Shown: positions 38,905 through 52,500 of the stretch, in pieces | Layout of the letters: every line of letters starts with the position of its first letter | Numbering within the stretch: position 1 is the first letter of the stretch | Source: Raillietiella orientalis | Taxonomy: Eukaryota | NCBI GenBank assembly: GCA_036172245.1 | Contig: JAYWIR010000013.1 | Location: forward strand, 620,001 to 684,000 | Direction of reading: 5' to 3' | DNA: 64,000 nucleotides | Position numbers and translations under genes: made by a program | The notes under the pieces: model-generated | Databases searched by the model: none | What the model saw: only the letters and a program-made list of their open reading frames with translations | Told to the model about the DNA's origin: nothing

Positions 38905-41900
38905 AAAGAAAAAGAAAGCCTTCGACTATGCTGAGGAGCGTCCGCACGAAGCAGCAAATCAAACGGCGAATGAAATTTGCGATATCCCGCGTGGAAGAAA
39001 CACACGGATTCAGCTCCCCTGGTGTTCTTCCAGCATCCCCCGCACTCCGTCGTGCGTTGTTCACCTCAGATTGTCGGCGTTTCCGAGAACCATCACGCAC
39101 CGTCATCAGACCATTCCGATTCGCACCACTTTCAGCTCAGGTCGTGATATGGAAACCATGAACAGCAACTGGATCTCCCATATCTGTTCCCGACAGCAAT
39201 AATTCACCAATGACAACGATTAGGATGCTTTTGAGGTGCTGGGCAGCAGAGGTTGAATATGCCGTGACGTAACTTTACAATCTTTCGCTCTTCCATCCCA
39301 TCATCATTTTTTTTCCTTCCTTGCTTTTACGATCCGATCTCAGACCAGCTCGTTGACTCCCGAAGATGCCAGCGGTTCGCCCGTGCTTACATTTATACGT
39401 TTACCAGCCCGGATTGCCTGTTATCGGTCCCTTCGGGTTCACTTTGTCGTACGGAAGGCCCTAAGACGGGAACCTGGCACGAGTCCCCCCCCCCCCCCGT
39501 CAGCAGCAGCGTTCTCCCCGATTCCGCGCTCCGGTGGCAGCGACCGGGTGGATCCGCGTCGCGGCTGGCAGCCAGGGGGGCTGCTGACAGGGGAAGAGTG
39601 GGCAGCCACGCATTTTTCAAATAGTTCGTAGCCAGCGGCAACCGCGTGTTTACGAGTACCGAAGACGGCCACAATGGAGCGCCTGCCGGATGTCGTTGTT
39701 TATCGAAAATCGATTAACTCGGCGTCACTCCCTGGGAACACCTCGAAAAGGAGGGGATCTCCTCCTCGAAAAACTATTTCGGTGCCGAAATGGATTGCCA
39801 CCGTTCACAAAAGACCACGAAGGAGCTTCCTCAGACAAAAATCGAAACAAATCAAGAGCCTTCGGCCGAATCCCTGACGTGGTCTTGTGCTTCAAGGAGG
39901 AAAAAAGGAAAGGAAGAATGACTCGCTGGGTGTTTCCCTTCATCCGCACACACAAATCGAAAAGTCGCCAAGAAGATCCATCCTTTTAGAAGGAGAGTGA
40001 TTGAAGGTTAACCATTATTTCCTCTTGCATTCTTCATTATTTCCGTGCTCTCCTAGTTATTACTCATGATCAGCTGATTATCCCGAAAGCTAGAAACTTT
40101 CATTGCCTCGGAAGGAGAGGAGGAGGAGGGGAGGGGAAAGAGGCATAAAACGCGGAATCACTTGTCTTCTGTTTTCCATCGCCAGAAATCTGCCAAGGGA
40201 CATTCGAATCTGCGACAAACAGCACGCGCGCGTGCATCGCCGTCGTCCGAGAGCGGAGAGATTATCGGCGTTGCCGAGCGCAATTTCCGCTTCCCCCGTT
40301 CCCGCTCCCTACTCCGCGCGCGCGCGCCGTCCGTCCTTAACGTCTCCGAGCGAAAAAAAGAATATGGGAGTTGCGCTTTGATAGCCAATTAACATTCATT
40401 ACGGATCCCCGTAGGGAAAAAGTTTTATTCGGACCCACGCAGGGACTGAGCTCTCCATCTGATTTCGTACGCCACACTCCAAACGAACCATGTTGTTGCC
40501 ATTACTCGGTGATGCTGCCATGAGCTCCTCTACCGCGGTCGTTGCCAACGTGAAGGACAGGAAGAGACACGAGGAGGCTTCCGTGCGTGTTTTGCACTGG
40601 CCGGAGGGGGGGAGGGGGAACCTGGCTCTCTCCCGTGTACGCTTTTCCGGCACCGCGCGCAAAGGATTTTTTCGGCGGCGGCGAAATTTTTCGGTAGGTC
40701 GGTGCCGTCCGCAATGGTTGGCGGCTCCTGCGGACGCCGGCATTTCGCGTATCCATTATCCAGTATTACGGCTACAGTTTCGGCTCGGAGGAAGCGAGCC
40801 GTATCTGCGCGCAACATCCAAACGGAGACGCAGACTCCTAGGTTTTCCCATTTTTCTCGTTTTATTTATCTGATTTTTTCGCTTCATCCGAAAGCGTTCA
40901 ACTGTTTCTCTCTCTCTCTCTGTCTCTTCCCGGGCGTGCTTTTCCCAGTGGCGTGGCGACGTTGATCCTTAGCTTTCTGCTGCTCTGTCTTCTGAAGAAT
41001 GTGTTTCACCTCTCACCTCTCCTCGCTTACCACACATCCTGCCACCTCAGCATGCTGAGCAGAGCCTCCGCACGCGGCAAAAAAGAAAAAAAAAAAAAAA
41101 AAGGAAAAAAAATCCGTGCGGCCGGCTTGTTGAAGTGGGATAATCAGTTCAGTTGACCCGCCGGTGAATCCACGATGACTGCTAGGAGACAGCTCTGGTC
41201 ACACAGGGAAGCCAGCACAGTCTTGTGGGGAACTGTCTATTTGCTCATGAGATCATGGGAGGATGATTCGCCCGCTGTTGCTACCAAGCCGTGTTTGCAT
41301 AAGGAATCAACAGCAGACACTCCGAGGAAGAGACAAATGCTGCCCTGCAGTCGCCACCAAAAGCAATCGTTCGCTAATGGTCTGCAAACACCCTAATTAT
41401 TAAACGAGCGTCGCATTGGAGAGCTTGGGGTCATGCGTGTCCAAGTATCTCCGTAATCAAAACTGTTTGCAAGTGAAAAGTGGGAGGCAACCTTTTGCTT
41501 CATCCTTTTCCGAGGAAAAGAAAATGCTTGATCTTTTTTTTTTCCCCCCCCCCGACTTTCAAACATCCCTCTCCTACGACCGTGGGTGAGATTTCTCGAG
41601 GCACGTGTGGGAAGATGAGTTTTGTAAGATCGGTTCTACTGCGGCATTTGACATCACTGTCAGGATAGAAACCAAATCGAGAAAGAAAAAAAAAAAAAAA
41701 GGAAAAACGAATGGCTGATAAGCGGGAATGGGAGAATGGCATTTGTGACTGCGATAATTTTCATATTTTTGACGTTATGTTCCTCCAGTCACTAGTCAGA
41801 CTGAAGGAGACGAATCAACTTGAGAAGTTAATGAAGAGTAAACAATCGATGCCGCGCTTTGAAGCGAGGGATTTCGTAGGGACGGATGGGATGATCGCAG

Positions 41901-44900
41901 AAGAGTTTTTCCTTTTAGCTTTATTCTTAGAACCTCGGATCCAAGGAAAATCCTGGTTCCGCCAGCCGGATGAAGGAAGAACGTGCCGAAGCAGCTCTTC
42001 ACGTGAAGGTGTAGGGAGTTCTTTGCTTATCCCGAAACCTCGGGGCAGAATGCCTGTTGAAGCGAAGGTTGCATCACATCCTCGTAAACGCGGTTCGCAT
42101 CAAACTTGTAAGATGTGGATTTCGAGAATACACGAAAGGGGTTGGTTGAGCCTCCTGCAAATTGCTGTGAGTCTCTGGAGAAGAGAGCTGCTTCCAGTCG
42201 TGATCTTGCACAGTACATCCTCCCGATCGCGTACCAAGCCTACTGTTTACTCTAACACTCCTACACTCTTCATCGGTGGTCAGTTAACGGTGACAAAAAG
42301 TGCAGACAAATCGCTCACACGTGAGGACACTCGGCCGTGTGCCACAAGGATTGGGGTGACAAAGATAGCCTTTGTCGCTTCCACACTGCTCGCAGCTTGT
42401 TCTTCATGACCCTGTTCTTCGGAGAGCTCACCTGAAGCAGTTATCCCATATGGATCCAGGAGTTCAGATCCAGAAGAAATGCCGTTCCTTTCTTCGGTGC
42501 TTGGTTTCCGTAACCCCAGAGAGCACACACAGGCACGCGTGACGTCTTCTCTTGCTCGGTGCGGCTTTACACAGTCCTCAGGACTCGCAGCTCGTTCCTG
42601 AAAGGCAGCAGATTTGCAGTTCAGCTTCTTTCCCTTCTGGATCTACCAGGCTTCCGGAGAGACTTTCTCGGCTGTGTGGCCGCCCATTGGTTTTTCTACG
42701 TTCTGTTTCGAGCAAGCTCCCAATCCGGTTCCCAGGCTGCTGCTGCTGCCACTGCTACTGCTGCTGAGGTCATTGATGCTAGCGTGGGCGTCCTCGAAGG
42801 ACTCTGACGTAGCATTCTAGGCGAGTTTCCGACGTGAGCTTTGCTTCCTCAGCACCAGCCAAGGTCTGCTGCCGCGAGCACGCAAAACTCTTGAACAGCA
42901 GCACGCGATGGACGTGTTCCTCGTTTCTGACACTCGTCGCCTTCGTTCAGTGCTCCCTGCCTTCCGAGATCCAGGGATACCAGTGCCACCGCTATCGGGA
43001 CACGCGGGGGGAGCGAGCTGCCACCGGGTCACAGCAAGCACGGGCTTTTTGCTAGGTCCAAAAGAGCTCTCCTGGTTCCCAGCCAATCGAGGCTCGTCCA
43101 CGGCTGAAAGGAAGCAATGCTCCTGGACAAATGAGTAATGCGACAGCATCCCTCTCCCTCGGACGGCAATGGTGATGACACATATTCTCAAGTCACTATC
43201 TCTTTCCGAAGCTTCCGGGATGCGGCACGTTGCCCCTCGAACGGGCTCACAAAGGATGCGGCGAGGAATTATGCGATTCCTCCTCCTCTCCTTCGCACAT
43301 CCTTCATATATCCCTTTGCAAAAATTGCAACAAATTTGCACTTTCTACGCTTCCTGATTCGTCTTTCACGGATTCGTTATTCCTTGCTAATGAAGTTGGG
43401 ATGCCAATCAGGCGGAATCGAAATGAAAATGGGATGCTTAATCTAGTGAGAGGAGGGAAAGAAGGAAGCCATGAAAGAAAACTTGGAGATAATAAGCGGA
43501 ATCCAGTTCGCGCGAAATCCCATCCCGGCGTGCGTGTGTGTTCGCTTCCCGATTTCCGAATTTCGATCAGATATTTTTTCCCCACATCCTTGCAGGCGAG
43601 CAGGGAGGAGCAGCAGCACTTTATTTATCTCGCAGAGCTGCGCGGAGCACACCCTCCTCCCTTCGGCTGGCTGCCGGCGGATTTTCGCTTTTCGGCTTCC
43701 CGTCCCCGTACCTACGCGGCGCGCGTCAACTTCCCGCATGAAATTCAGGGGACGTTGCAGGCAGGGCGAACTTGCCCCGCGATGGAGTGCCTCGCAGATG
43801 ATTGGAATCCCGTTTCAGCCGACTTTCCTGATTTGCTATTCATGGCCGTGTTGCCTTTGGAATTGGATCCGAGCTCTTTATCACCCCATTTATGAGGATG
43901 TATCTGCATCTCTGCATCCGAAGGAAATTGATCCACTTCGGGCTTGATTTGGTTCCTGATGCAGAATGTATGAGAATGCAAATGGCCAGCCATGATTTCC
44001 TGGATTCGGGGGAGAGAGGGAGGGAGGGTAGTGATCTCCAATTTGAGCATCTCAAATCGCCGCCCGCTTCCCTGCGGGAGCGGGAGGATGAGAGCGCCTT
44101 CTGAGGACCGGATGCCGCCTTCTCCGGAGAACGGAACCCGTTCCTGGTGCACTACTCCTCCAATTGGGAAGAGTGCGATCCTGGCTCTGGCGTCGTTCCG
44201 TCGGGAATGAAGATTTCCGGGAGAAAATGATGCTGACGCGCGTGGGAGTGGTGATTCCCGGAGACAGTGAATCAGCGCGAGTTTCCCTCCGCCGCCTTCG
44301 TAGGATCGCCCCCTTACTCCAGTCTGGGTTCTTGCGCTGCGGAAGATCCCTCCTCCCTAGCTCCCCCTCCCTTGCCTTCCCCTTCGGAGGCGTTTGATTT
44401 GGGCAGCAGCAGGTCCTCTTCGCGTTCCCCGGAGTGCGGGAGTTTCACAGGCAGGCAAGAAGGCCGAGGGCGAGAAGAAGGGAAGGCCAAAGGCCGCGCG
44501 TCTCGACGCTCAGGCTGTTTGTAAGTCCGCAGGCCACCCAGAGTGGGGACGTTCCAATTCCCGGACGGAGGCACACCCACCCCACCACACTGTGCACGCC
44601 GTGCACTGTGGGGCGCATCCGAGCACGTCCGCTCCTCTGCTCCTGCGGCCGAAGGGATGAGATGGGTCGAGGTGAAACTGCAAAAGGGAGGGAACGGGGG
44701 GAAGGAAACGGACGTCGTCTTTTTCACAGGAGAGAAACCTCAGGCGGGAGGAGGATGCGGGAAGCTTTAGATCCTCGGAGTGTGGGCGGGTCTCACGACG
44801 AACGTGAGGGAGACTATGAACCCGCTTCCCCGAGGAGGAGGATTCCAAGGAGTGCTGAAAGCCGGAGAAGGAACATCGCCGTTGGTTTCGAAAGCACCTG

Positions 44901-44994
44901 AATGCTGGGCACCAGACAGCAGGAAATCAAATTTATTCTCTCTCTCTCCCTCCCCCCTCACCCTCTCTCCCAACGTGAGGAATCAAGTACGACC

Positions 44995-44998
<4 letters not shown>

Positions 44999-45026
<28 letters not shown>
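44999..45026. repeat. (GA)14 microsatellite
   Basis: Perfect dinucleotide tract. Confidence 0.95.
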
Positions 45027-45029
<3 letters not shown>

Positions 45030-46502
45030 TTTCCCAATCAGAGGAATTAATCATCTTGCACCTCGGAATTCCAAGGCTCCCGGGAGTAAATCACTCGTCT
45101 TTGTCAAAACAAACCGAGCGCTGATGAAAGGAAAATTCTTCCTCCGCTTCGGACTGCTGAAGGAAGAAAAAGAGGCTGTTGAAAGAAGCAGCCCTCGTTC
45201 CGGACACCTTTCGCGCGGCTGATTGATTCTCCTGCCGAACCATGCGGAGCGGCAGGTCCGCGTGTCGGGATGCGCACCGCCCGACGTCATCTCCGCAGCC
45301 TCCTCCTCCTCGCCTTCGCCAACCATCCAGGAACAACCGTCCTCCAGCTCGCCGGGGCGGAGACGCACCCTGGAACACTGGAAACCGAAGGTCCCCGCTG
45401 CTGCTGGCTCAGGCGGAGAAGAACGATCTCTGTGACGAGCGCGAGTGAGCACGACCTACTCCGCTCTGTGTTCCCCTCCTCCCCTCACCCTTTCCTTCCT
45501 TCCTACAAGAGGGGGCAACGAGCGCAACATCCCGCGAAGGTGCACGTTCTCTCCGTCTCTCTCTCTCTCCTGACACTTCCGTTCTGGCTGAAGGTGCTTG
45601 CTGCACGTCCGGAGATCGCACTTCAACCGGCATCCGGCAGCATGCCGTTGCTGCATCCCTCCCGTGCAGCAGCGCCTCCTCCTCCTCCTCCTCCTTTCTT
45701 CTTCCTCATTCTGATCCGCTTTCTGGCTCAGCTTCCACGCCATCGTGAACCCCTCGCTCCGCTTTTTTTCGTCTCGCTCTTACGGGCACGCACGCGATCC
45801 CTCCAGGGGCCGCTTCTGTGACCTCCGGACAAAACCTCTCTTTCCGGAGCTTCTCTTGCAGCTTGGAGAAGGCAGAAAAGACAGTGTCTCGAGGGCAGCA
45901 TGGAGAGGAGTCGCAGGGGCGAGCGAGCGCAGTGCCTACCGCTTCCGCGGGCGGCGCCGGGGCCGGACAAGATGCATTGGTCGTCGGCGGGCCGCGCTTC
46001 GTCCGTGAGGGCGACGGTTCCACTCCGGGGTCCGCATGGATCCCTCCTGGAGCTTTTTCTCGTCGTCGTCCTCCTCCTCCTCCGGCGCCATCGGCGGCCC
46101 AACCGGCGGCAGCTGTTCCCGCTTCCTGCCTCCCACCTTTCGCCCATCCCCCTCGGCGGCACCTTCTTCTCCCGATCCGTTCCCTCCGATCCGCTGATGA
46201 TAATAGCGTAATCAAGAATCGCCTGCTTTGACTTCTTGACGAGAATGGCTCGCAGGATGTCTAAGAAGGATCCTTTGTTCCAGCTTAATATCTTTCTCTA
46301 CTAATCCTCTTCGAAAGGGCTGAGTTCGGACTGGCAATAATGGAAAGCAATCCACGGCACGTGGACGGATGAAGACTGCGTAATTGACAGGAAGAATGGA
46401 TGTGATTTGCGAATGAGCTGGCCGTGTCGAAATAATTAGAGCGCTTTCCCGTTCCCATGTTTCGCCTCCTTCCTCTCCTCCTTTCTTCATTTTTTGTAGC
46501 TT

Positions 46503-46550
46503 TCCTCCTCCTCCTCCTCCTCCTCCTCTTCCTTTCTCCCCCCCCCCCCC
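46503..46550. repeat. (TCC)n microsatellite plus C13 run (polypyrimidine tract)
   Basis: About 8 TCC units followed by poly-C. Confidence 0.9.
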
Positions 46551-49500
46551 TTCCCTCGCCCTGAGACCGGGAGGGTTTCCTCTACGGGCTCAAGGAGGAT
46601 CCGCTAGGTTTTCCGAAGAAAATGACCTTCCTTTTCGGTCGGTGGACTTTTTTGTTGTACTTTTTGTTGTTGTTGTTGTTTTTCTTTTTTTTGTGTGTGT
46701 GTGTTATTGTTGTTCGGGAACTCCAACCAGTCTGCTAACGTAGGACAAGGGAACTTCCTCCCCCCCTCCCCCCACCAAAAAAAAAGCTTTCCTGCAGGCT
46801 GAATGTCAAAGTCAAGGTCACCCTTCCCCCCCTCCCCACGCCCTCTTTCTCTCTTCATCCCCTCTACCCCTGTCCCGCCTGCTCCTTCCAGTCTTTTCGT
46901 CTTGGGAAAAGGAAAGGAAGATCCCCGTTCTGTTTCGCTCCCCTCTGCAGAAGAATTCTTCCTGCTTCGGTGGAAGGCAGGTAAGCAGCAGCGTCTTATT
47001 CCAGAGTGGCGAAAGTGTTGCGAGGGCTGGGCTGGACGGCTCTGCTTCCCCGGTAAGTGACGTGAAGGAGGAGGAGCAGTTGGGCCGCCTGTTGGGTGCA
47101 AGGGCGTGGGCGAGAGCGCTCTCTCTGCGCTTCCGAGTGCGATGGGGGGATCCGAAGACGAACGGGATGGCGGCAGAGGAGGGGGTGGGATCTACGCGAT
47201 TCCCACGCTGGCGCATCGGAGCAGCGCTTCCAGGAACATTCCCTGACCAAGTCCTTCTAGCCGTCGCCGCCCTCCTCTTCTCCTTTGCTTTCTCCCGACA
47301 TCACCTTCCTTCCTCTTCTGCCACTGATTCCATCTTCCAGTGATGTCCCTGCTTCCGGAAGCCAAAGACCAAACTCGTAGCGCAGCTTGTCGCCGTCAGC
47401 TGCTGTTCCCGGATGAAAAGCGGGCTGGAACGGGAAAGGCGCAGGGGCTGCTTTAATTACGAGCGGGGAAGAGTCGTGGTTTCCCGCTCTCCCATTCGAG
47501 GGCTTATCGCGTGGACAGAAACACACCAGGGAAGCAATCGACGTCCTCCTCCTCGCCGTCCGGGCCAGCAGCGGCACTTGTGAGCCAATCAGCGACGCTC
47601 CTGCTTATTTAATTCTGTCCTTCCTGTTCCCCCCGTTCCTCCTCCCCCTTGCCTTCCTCCTCCCAACATCGCACAAGCGAAGCGCGGAAGAAAATCGCCG
47701 GACAGGACGCAGGCGCATCCCAAGCAGGTCTCCAGAAGCAGTAGCAGTGACTCCGTCCTCTTTCAGCCAGTGGCAAAGCTCGGGGTGCGTGCATATGTTC
47801 AGGGACCCTTGCAAAGGGCGCGGCGGTACCCCTTTTAGGTCTTTCTCGTCCGTTCCCTCCTTCTGCCGGAGGAAAGGCCTCGTGATCGATCAAGAGCGCG
47901 CGTTCTTCGGCGCGCCTGGGGTAAGAAGAAGCCTGCTTTTCGGTTCGCCTGGGATGCGGAGCAGGAATGCTCGTGAGATCAAGTGAACAGCCCAGACTGA
48001 TTGGTCTCTCTCAGAAGCATCCTTCCTCGGGATGCTCTGGCCGCATCTCGTCCCCCCTCCCCTTCATCGCTCCCTCCCCACCGGCCTTCTCGTCTCAGAC
48101 CTCGGCGGCAGCGGCAATGGTGGCGGGTCGGGGCGAGGAGCGTCAGCGTAGTCGAGATCCCCTGACCTCTGCCGCGCTTCCAGGCAACGACCGCATGCAG
48201 CCTCGCATCGCTGTCCTGGAAAAACCACGCACTGCGGTTCTCTCTCCCCCTCCTCTCCTGCCTCTCCCCGTCCCCTTTCCTTTCCACGGTTACCATGGTT
48301 TCCGGGGAAAACCCCGTCAGGAAAACTTGTCGATACCGAGACCACTCCCTGAGGTCATCACGCGGAAACAAACGTTTGCATCCGTTTCCAGGGGCAACGC
48401 TGCCTCCGTGGGGCACGCTCAATGTCACTCCACGTCGCTATAGCTGTCAGGAGGAAGGAAAAGGGGGGGGGGGAATAGGAAGTCTTGCCTTCCTCCAAAG
48501 GGGAGCCCCGTCCTCGTCCTCGCATGAAGTTTTTCCATGCATGCCCATAGCGACCCTCCCTTTCCCTGGGTCTGCTGTTGAGGGGGGGGGGGGGAAAGGG
48601 GGATGAAAGGGGGAGGCATCGCGGAATGGACAACGTTTGCCGACGGACGGCGACTGCACCGCTGGCAGGCTGCTCGGCCGCTGGAGGGCGCTCGCCCGCA
48701 AATCCCTTCCGCCTGCCTCCGCTTCTACCTCTTCCTCCTTCCCCACCCCTCCTTGCCCCCTTCTCCCGCTTCCCTCTTCGGAGCGTTGAGGAATCCGCGG
48801 GGCTGCATACCACGGAGTGAAAAGCTAAAAAACTCTTTCGCTCTCTGGCTCCTACGCACGCACGCACGCACGCATGCACGCACGCACTTGGCCATTCTCC
48901 CAGTAGGTACCCTTCTGAACCGTGCGAGGATTCAATTATCTCGCAAAGTCTCCAGAGATGGGATTAAATGGGAACCGTTCCCGCTTGGAGATTGGATGGA
49001 GCGCCGGATAGGCGCCCCGTTCCCGCCTAATCTGCATGAGCATCAATGAAGATGTTTCCCGACATCTGAATCCTGTCTTTCATTATCAACTCACACGTGT
49101 ACTTTCCACTCGTCCCGTGATTTACCGACACTCCTGTCCTCGTCGTCTTTTCTCCTGGTTCGTGTGTTTTTTTTTTTCCTTCCTCTCCCTCTCTCCTCCT
49201 CCTACTGCTTCTTCTTCCTCCTCCTCCTTCTCCTCTCTCTCTCTCCTCCCTCTTTCCTTTTTTGCCTGCCTTCTCTGTCGTCCTTTGTGTTCGCGAGAGG
49301 AGCAGAGATCTGGCTCGGGGGAGCGGCGTCCTCTTTATCTGTTTGCACTTCATTTCCCGCTCCCGGTCTCATGCATAAACGGGCCGTGATGCTCCCGCCG
49401 CCGTCGGGGAGCATCCGTCCGATCTCCCAGATAGCCAGCTCGCTGCTGTCGCCGCCTCCGGGAGACGCAGAGTCCCGCCAAGGGGGACCGGGCTCACCAG

Positions 49501-52500
49501 ACCCGCCTTGCTTCGCCTCTCCGGATCTTCCCCCCCCCCCCCTCCTCCAGGCACGGAGCGAGAGGAAGGAAACACGTGCGCCTCGCCGCCGTCGCTGCTG
49601 CAGGGAGAGCAGGCAACTCCTCCTCCAGGAAGACCTCCTGAGGCGCTCCTGAGGCGGAAGACGGTCAAGTCACGACAAACGGCCGAAGCCTTTCGCGTCT
49701 GACCAAGACCCGGCGGCGTCTCGTCCTCCCCCGCGCGGCTTCGGCAGCTCCCGCATCTCCCCTGCGTTTGTTCTTCCCTGTTTTCTCGTTTCGCTTTGTC
49801 CCTCAAGCCTCCTCTTCGCCGGTCGGCAGCCGGAGGAGGAGGTGGTCGAACTTCTCTGCGCGAGGACGCTCCTCCACTCCCGTTCCTGTCTTTCTGCAAG
49901 AAACGTTGCCCGCCTCCGACTGGCGCCGCGCCCTCGCGACATCCAGGCAAGGGTTATCGGCACGGCCGGAGGAACTCCTGGCCACACACACTTCACAGAT
50001 TTTTTCCGCATGCCCGACATCCGCCGGGCTGCTCAGCCGTCCGGCTGTCAGCACCACCGCCCTCTCCTCGTCGGCTCCAGGAGCGTCAACGCACCCCGTT
50101 CTCCCCCAGAAGAGACAGTGGGTCCCCGCGTATGCGCAGCGCTGTAAGTGCCCCCCCTCCCCCCAGCTCCTGCTTGTTCCTTGCCTCCTCGTCGCGGGAT
50201 GGGTGCCTTCCGCTCTCGCCGGTGGGCTCCCTTCCTCCCGTTCCACCCGCCCCGCCCCAGTGTCGCCCTCCTGCAAGAGTTTTTTCTGGAACCCATCCAG
50301 CGCCGCACCAAGATCGGGTAGCGACAAGCGTGCGAGCGCGTCTCTTTCCTCGAGAACACGAAAAGGGCGTCTCGGTGAATCAAGTTGGGCCCGTTTGTTC
50401 TTCCCTTCCTTTCAAATACCCTCCGGGCACCGCCACGCATTCCTGGAAGAACCAGCGCACGAGAAAGTGTCTGATCTCCAAGGGATCGCTCCCAATCTGC
50501 GCGGCGGTCTCTCCCTAAATGAACAAAAGGAGTTCCCAGTGATCTTCGAGGCTGTCTCCGGATCGCTGACTCCCTGATCCCCAGCCCCGCCCTCTCAGCA
50601 CCCTCCCCCATCATGTCGTCAGTACCCAAGGTCCGAGGAAGAGAGGGGGTCGCAACAACAGCTGTTGGGAGCGACGGCAGGGCGACAACGTCCTCAGGGA
50701 GCGAGAAGTGTGGGCCGTTTCGTTCCTCCAGCTGGCTGGCTGGGACGCATCTGCCCCCTCGGACGGCGGGCGCAATTCCCGGCGGAGGGACGCGGAGGCG
50801 GGAGACAACCGGTCCGCCTCTCCCAGCCTGGAGAGCGTGCGCGCCACGGTGGACGGCGCGAGCGGCTTCCTGTTCACTCCGTTCGCCCCCCACTGCCGCT
50901 GCCACCCGTGGTCTCTCCCTCCTCGGCTCGTTCCAGGCGCCGTGTCGGTTTGCCAGGTGCGCTCCATTTCACCCGCCTCAGGGGACGGTCCGCGCCCGCT
51001 CTCTCCTGGTGGCTCACGCGGCGATAGCACGGACTTGGAGGAAACCGCCGACTCGGGCGTTTTTCCTTTCGTGGCCGCCGCCGTTCCTGGTCGGGGCGGG
51101 CGGGTGCCGGAAGCGGTTTAGGGGTAGCGGCTGCGGCGGCGGCCGCTCCTGCCTCTCCCCCCCTCCCCTTCCTCCCTCGGTGGTGGAATACCAGGCACTT
51201 CTTTCGTGGGGGCCAGAAAGCCCGCGAGAAGGACACGGATGATGACGGCGGCGGCGGCGGCGGCGGTGAAAGGGAGAGAGGATCAGGAGGAACGGGCTGG
51301 CGGTCTCGGAGCGTTCGTCAGGGGGCAGTGCCGCCGCCGCAGACATCCACTGAATGGTGGGCCGCCGGCAGCTTCTCAAGTGATCTGCATCCCTTCGCTT
51401 CATTTGGTTTCGTCTTCTTCACGCCGGGGGGCAGGGGGAGGGAATAAAATATCTAAAATAAAATAACGTGCGCGCGAGAGAGGGACATAGGGAGAGGGGA
51501 AGGGGAGGAGTGAAGACAACGAAAATAAAATAGTTCTCCCCTCGACCGATCCTTAATGACGAATAAATATCGCACGACGCCACTTTCTTGCTGCGCACAC
51601 TTGTTCCTCCAGCCGCCGTACCACTAACTAGGTGTCATTAGGGACCTCGCTCGGACGCGTGTTGCGTATTGGCTCTCATCAGCGCGGCGCGGAGGTTTAC
51701 TTCCCACTCGCCATGGCAGGTGACTCCGCGCGTGGAAACAGATGTCATTTGGACGTCTCCGTCCCCGGATGGCAGGAAGGAAAAAAAAGGAAGAAGAAGG
51801 AAAAAAAAAAAAAGAAAGAGCGAAAGCGAAGAAGAAGAAACAAAGGACGGCAAAATCAGCATGGGTAGCACTCGAGGGCTCGCAAACAACGTATCGATAT
51901 TTCGGGGCAAACTTTCCATTCGGGCCGTGATGGGGGCCCCTCTTTTCGTGACCGCGCGCCGGGGTCCGAGAGTGGGAGTTTCGACACGGCGCGTCACCGG
52001 GGCGACCCGCTTCCAGCCGCGCGCGTGCAAACGCCCTCTTCTTGTCCGCGGGAGAGAGGAGGAAGCAGTCCGTGGCGAGGTGGAGGGAGGAGAAGTGGGG
52101 AAGAATCGACCTCCTCCCCTTCCGCCGCGCTGAGGTGCTTCCTTGGACAGTCCCTCCTCCACGGTGCGGCGGTGCAGCCAGCGAGAGGTGCTGGCGGTGA
52201 GGCGAGCGGGTCCGGGTTCGGAAGTTCCCTGCCATCCCTCACCACCGCTCCTGTTCCTCCTGCTCTTCATCTTTTCGTCCGCCTCCTCTCGGAGACGACC
52301 GAGCGGAATGCTTCAGCAGAGTGACCCTTCCGGGTCGCCTCCTGGGAGCGTTCCCACCCTCCCGGGAGCGCCGTCGTCAGGGGGGGTGCCGCCACTTTCT
52401 TCAGCACGGGAGGCTCCCAGGAAAGCACGTGCCGTTCCTCGATCCCCCTCTTTCCGGAAGAAAGGATACCTTTCCTCCTTTGGCTCCTCCACGCGTATGG

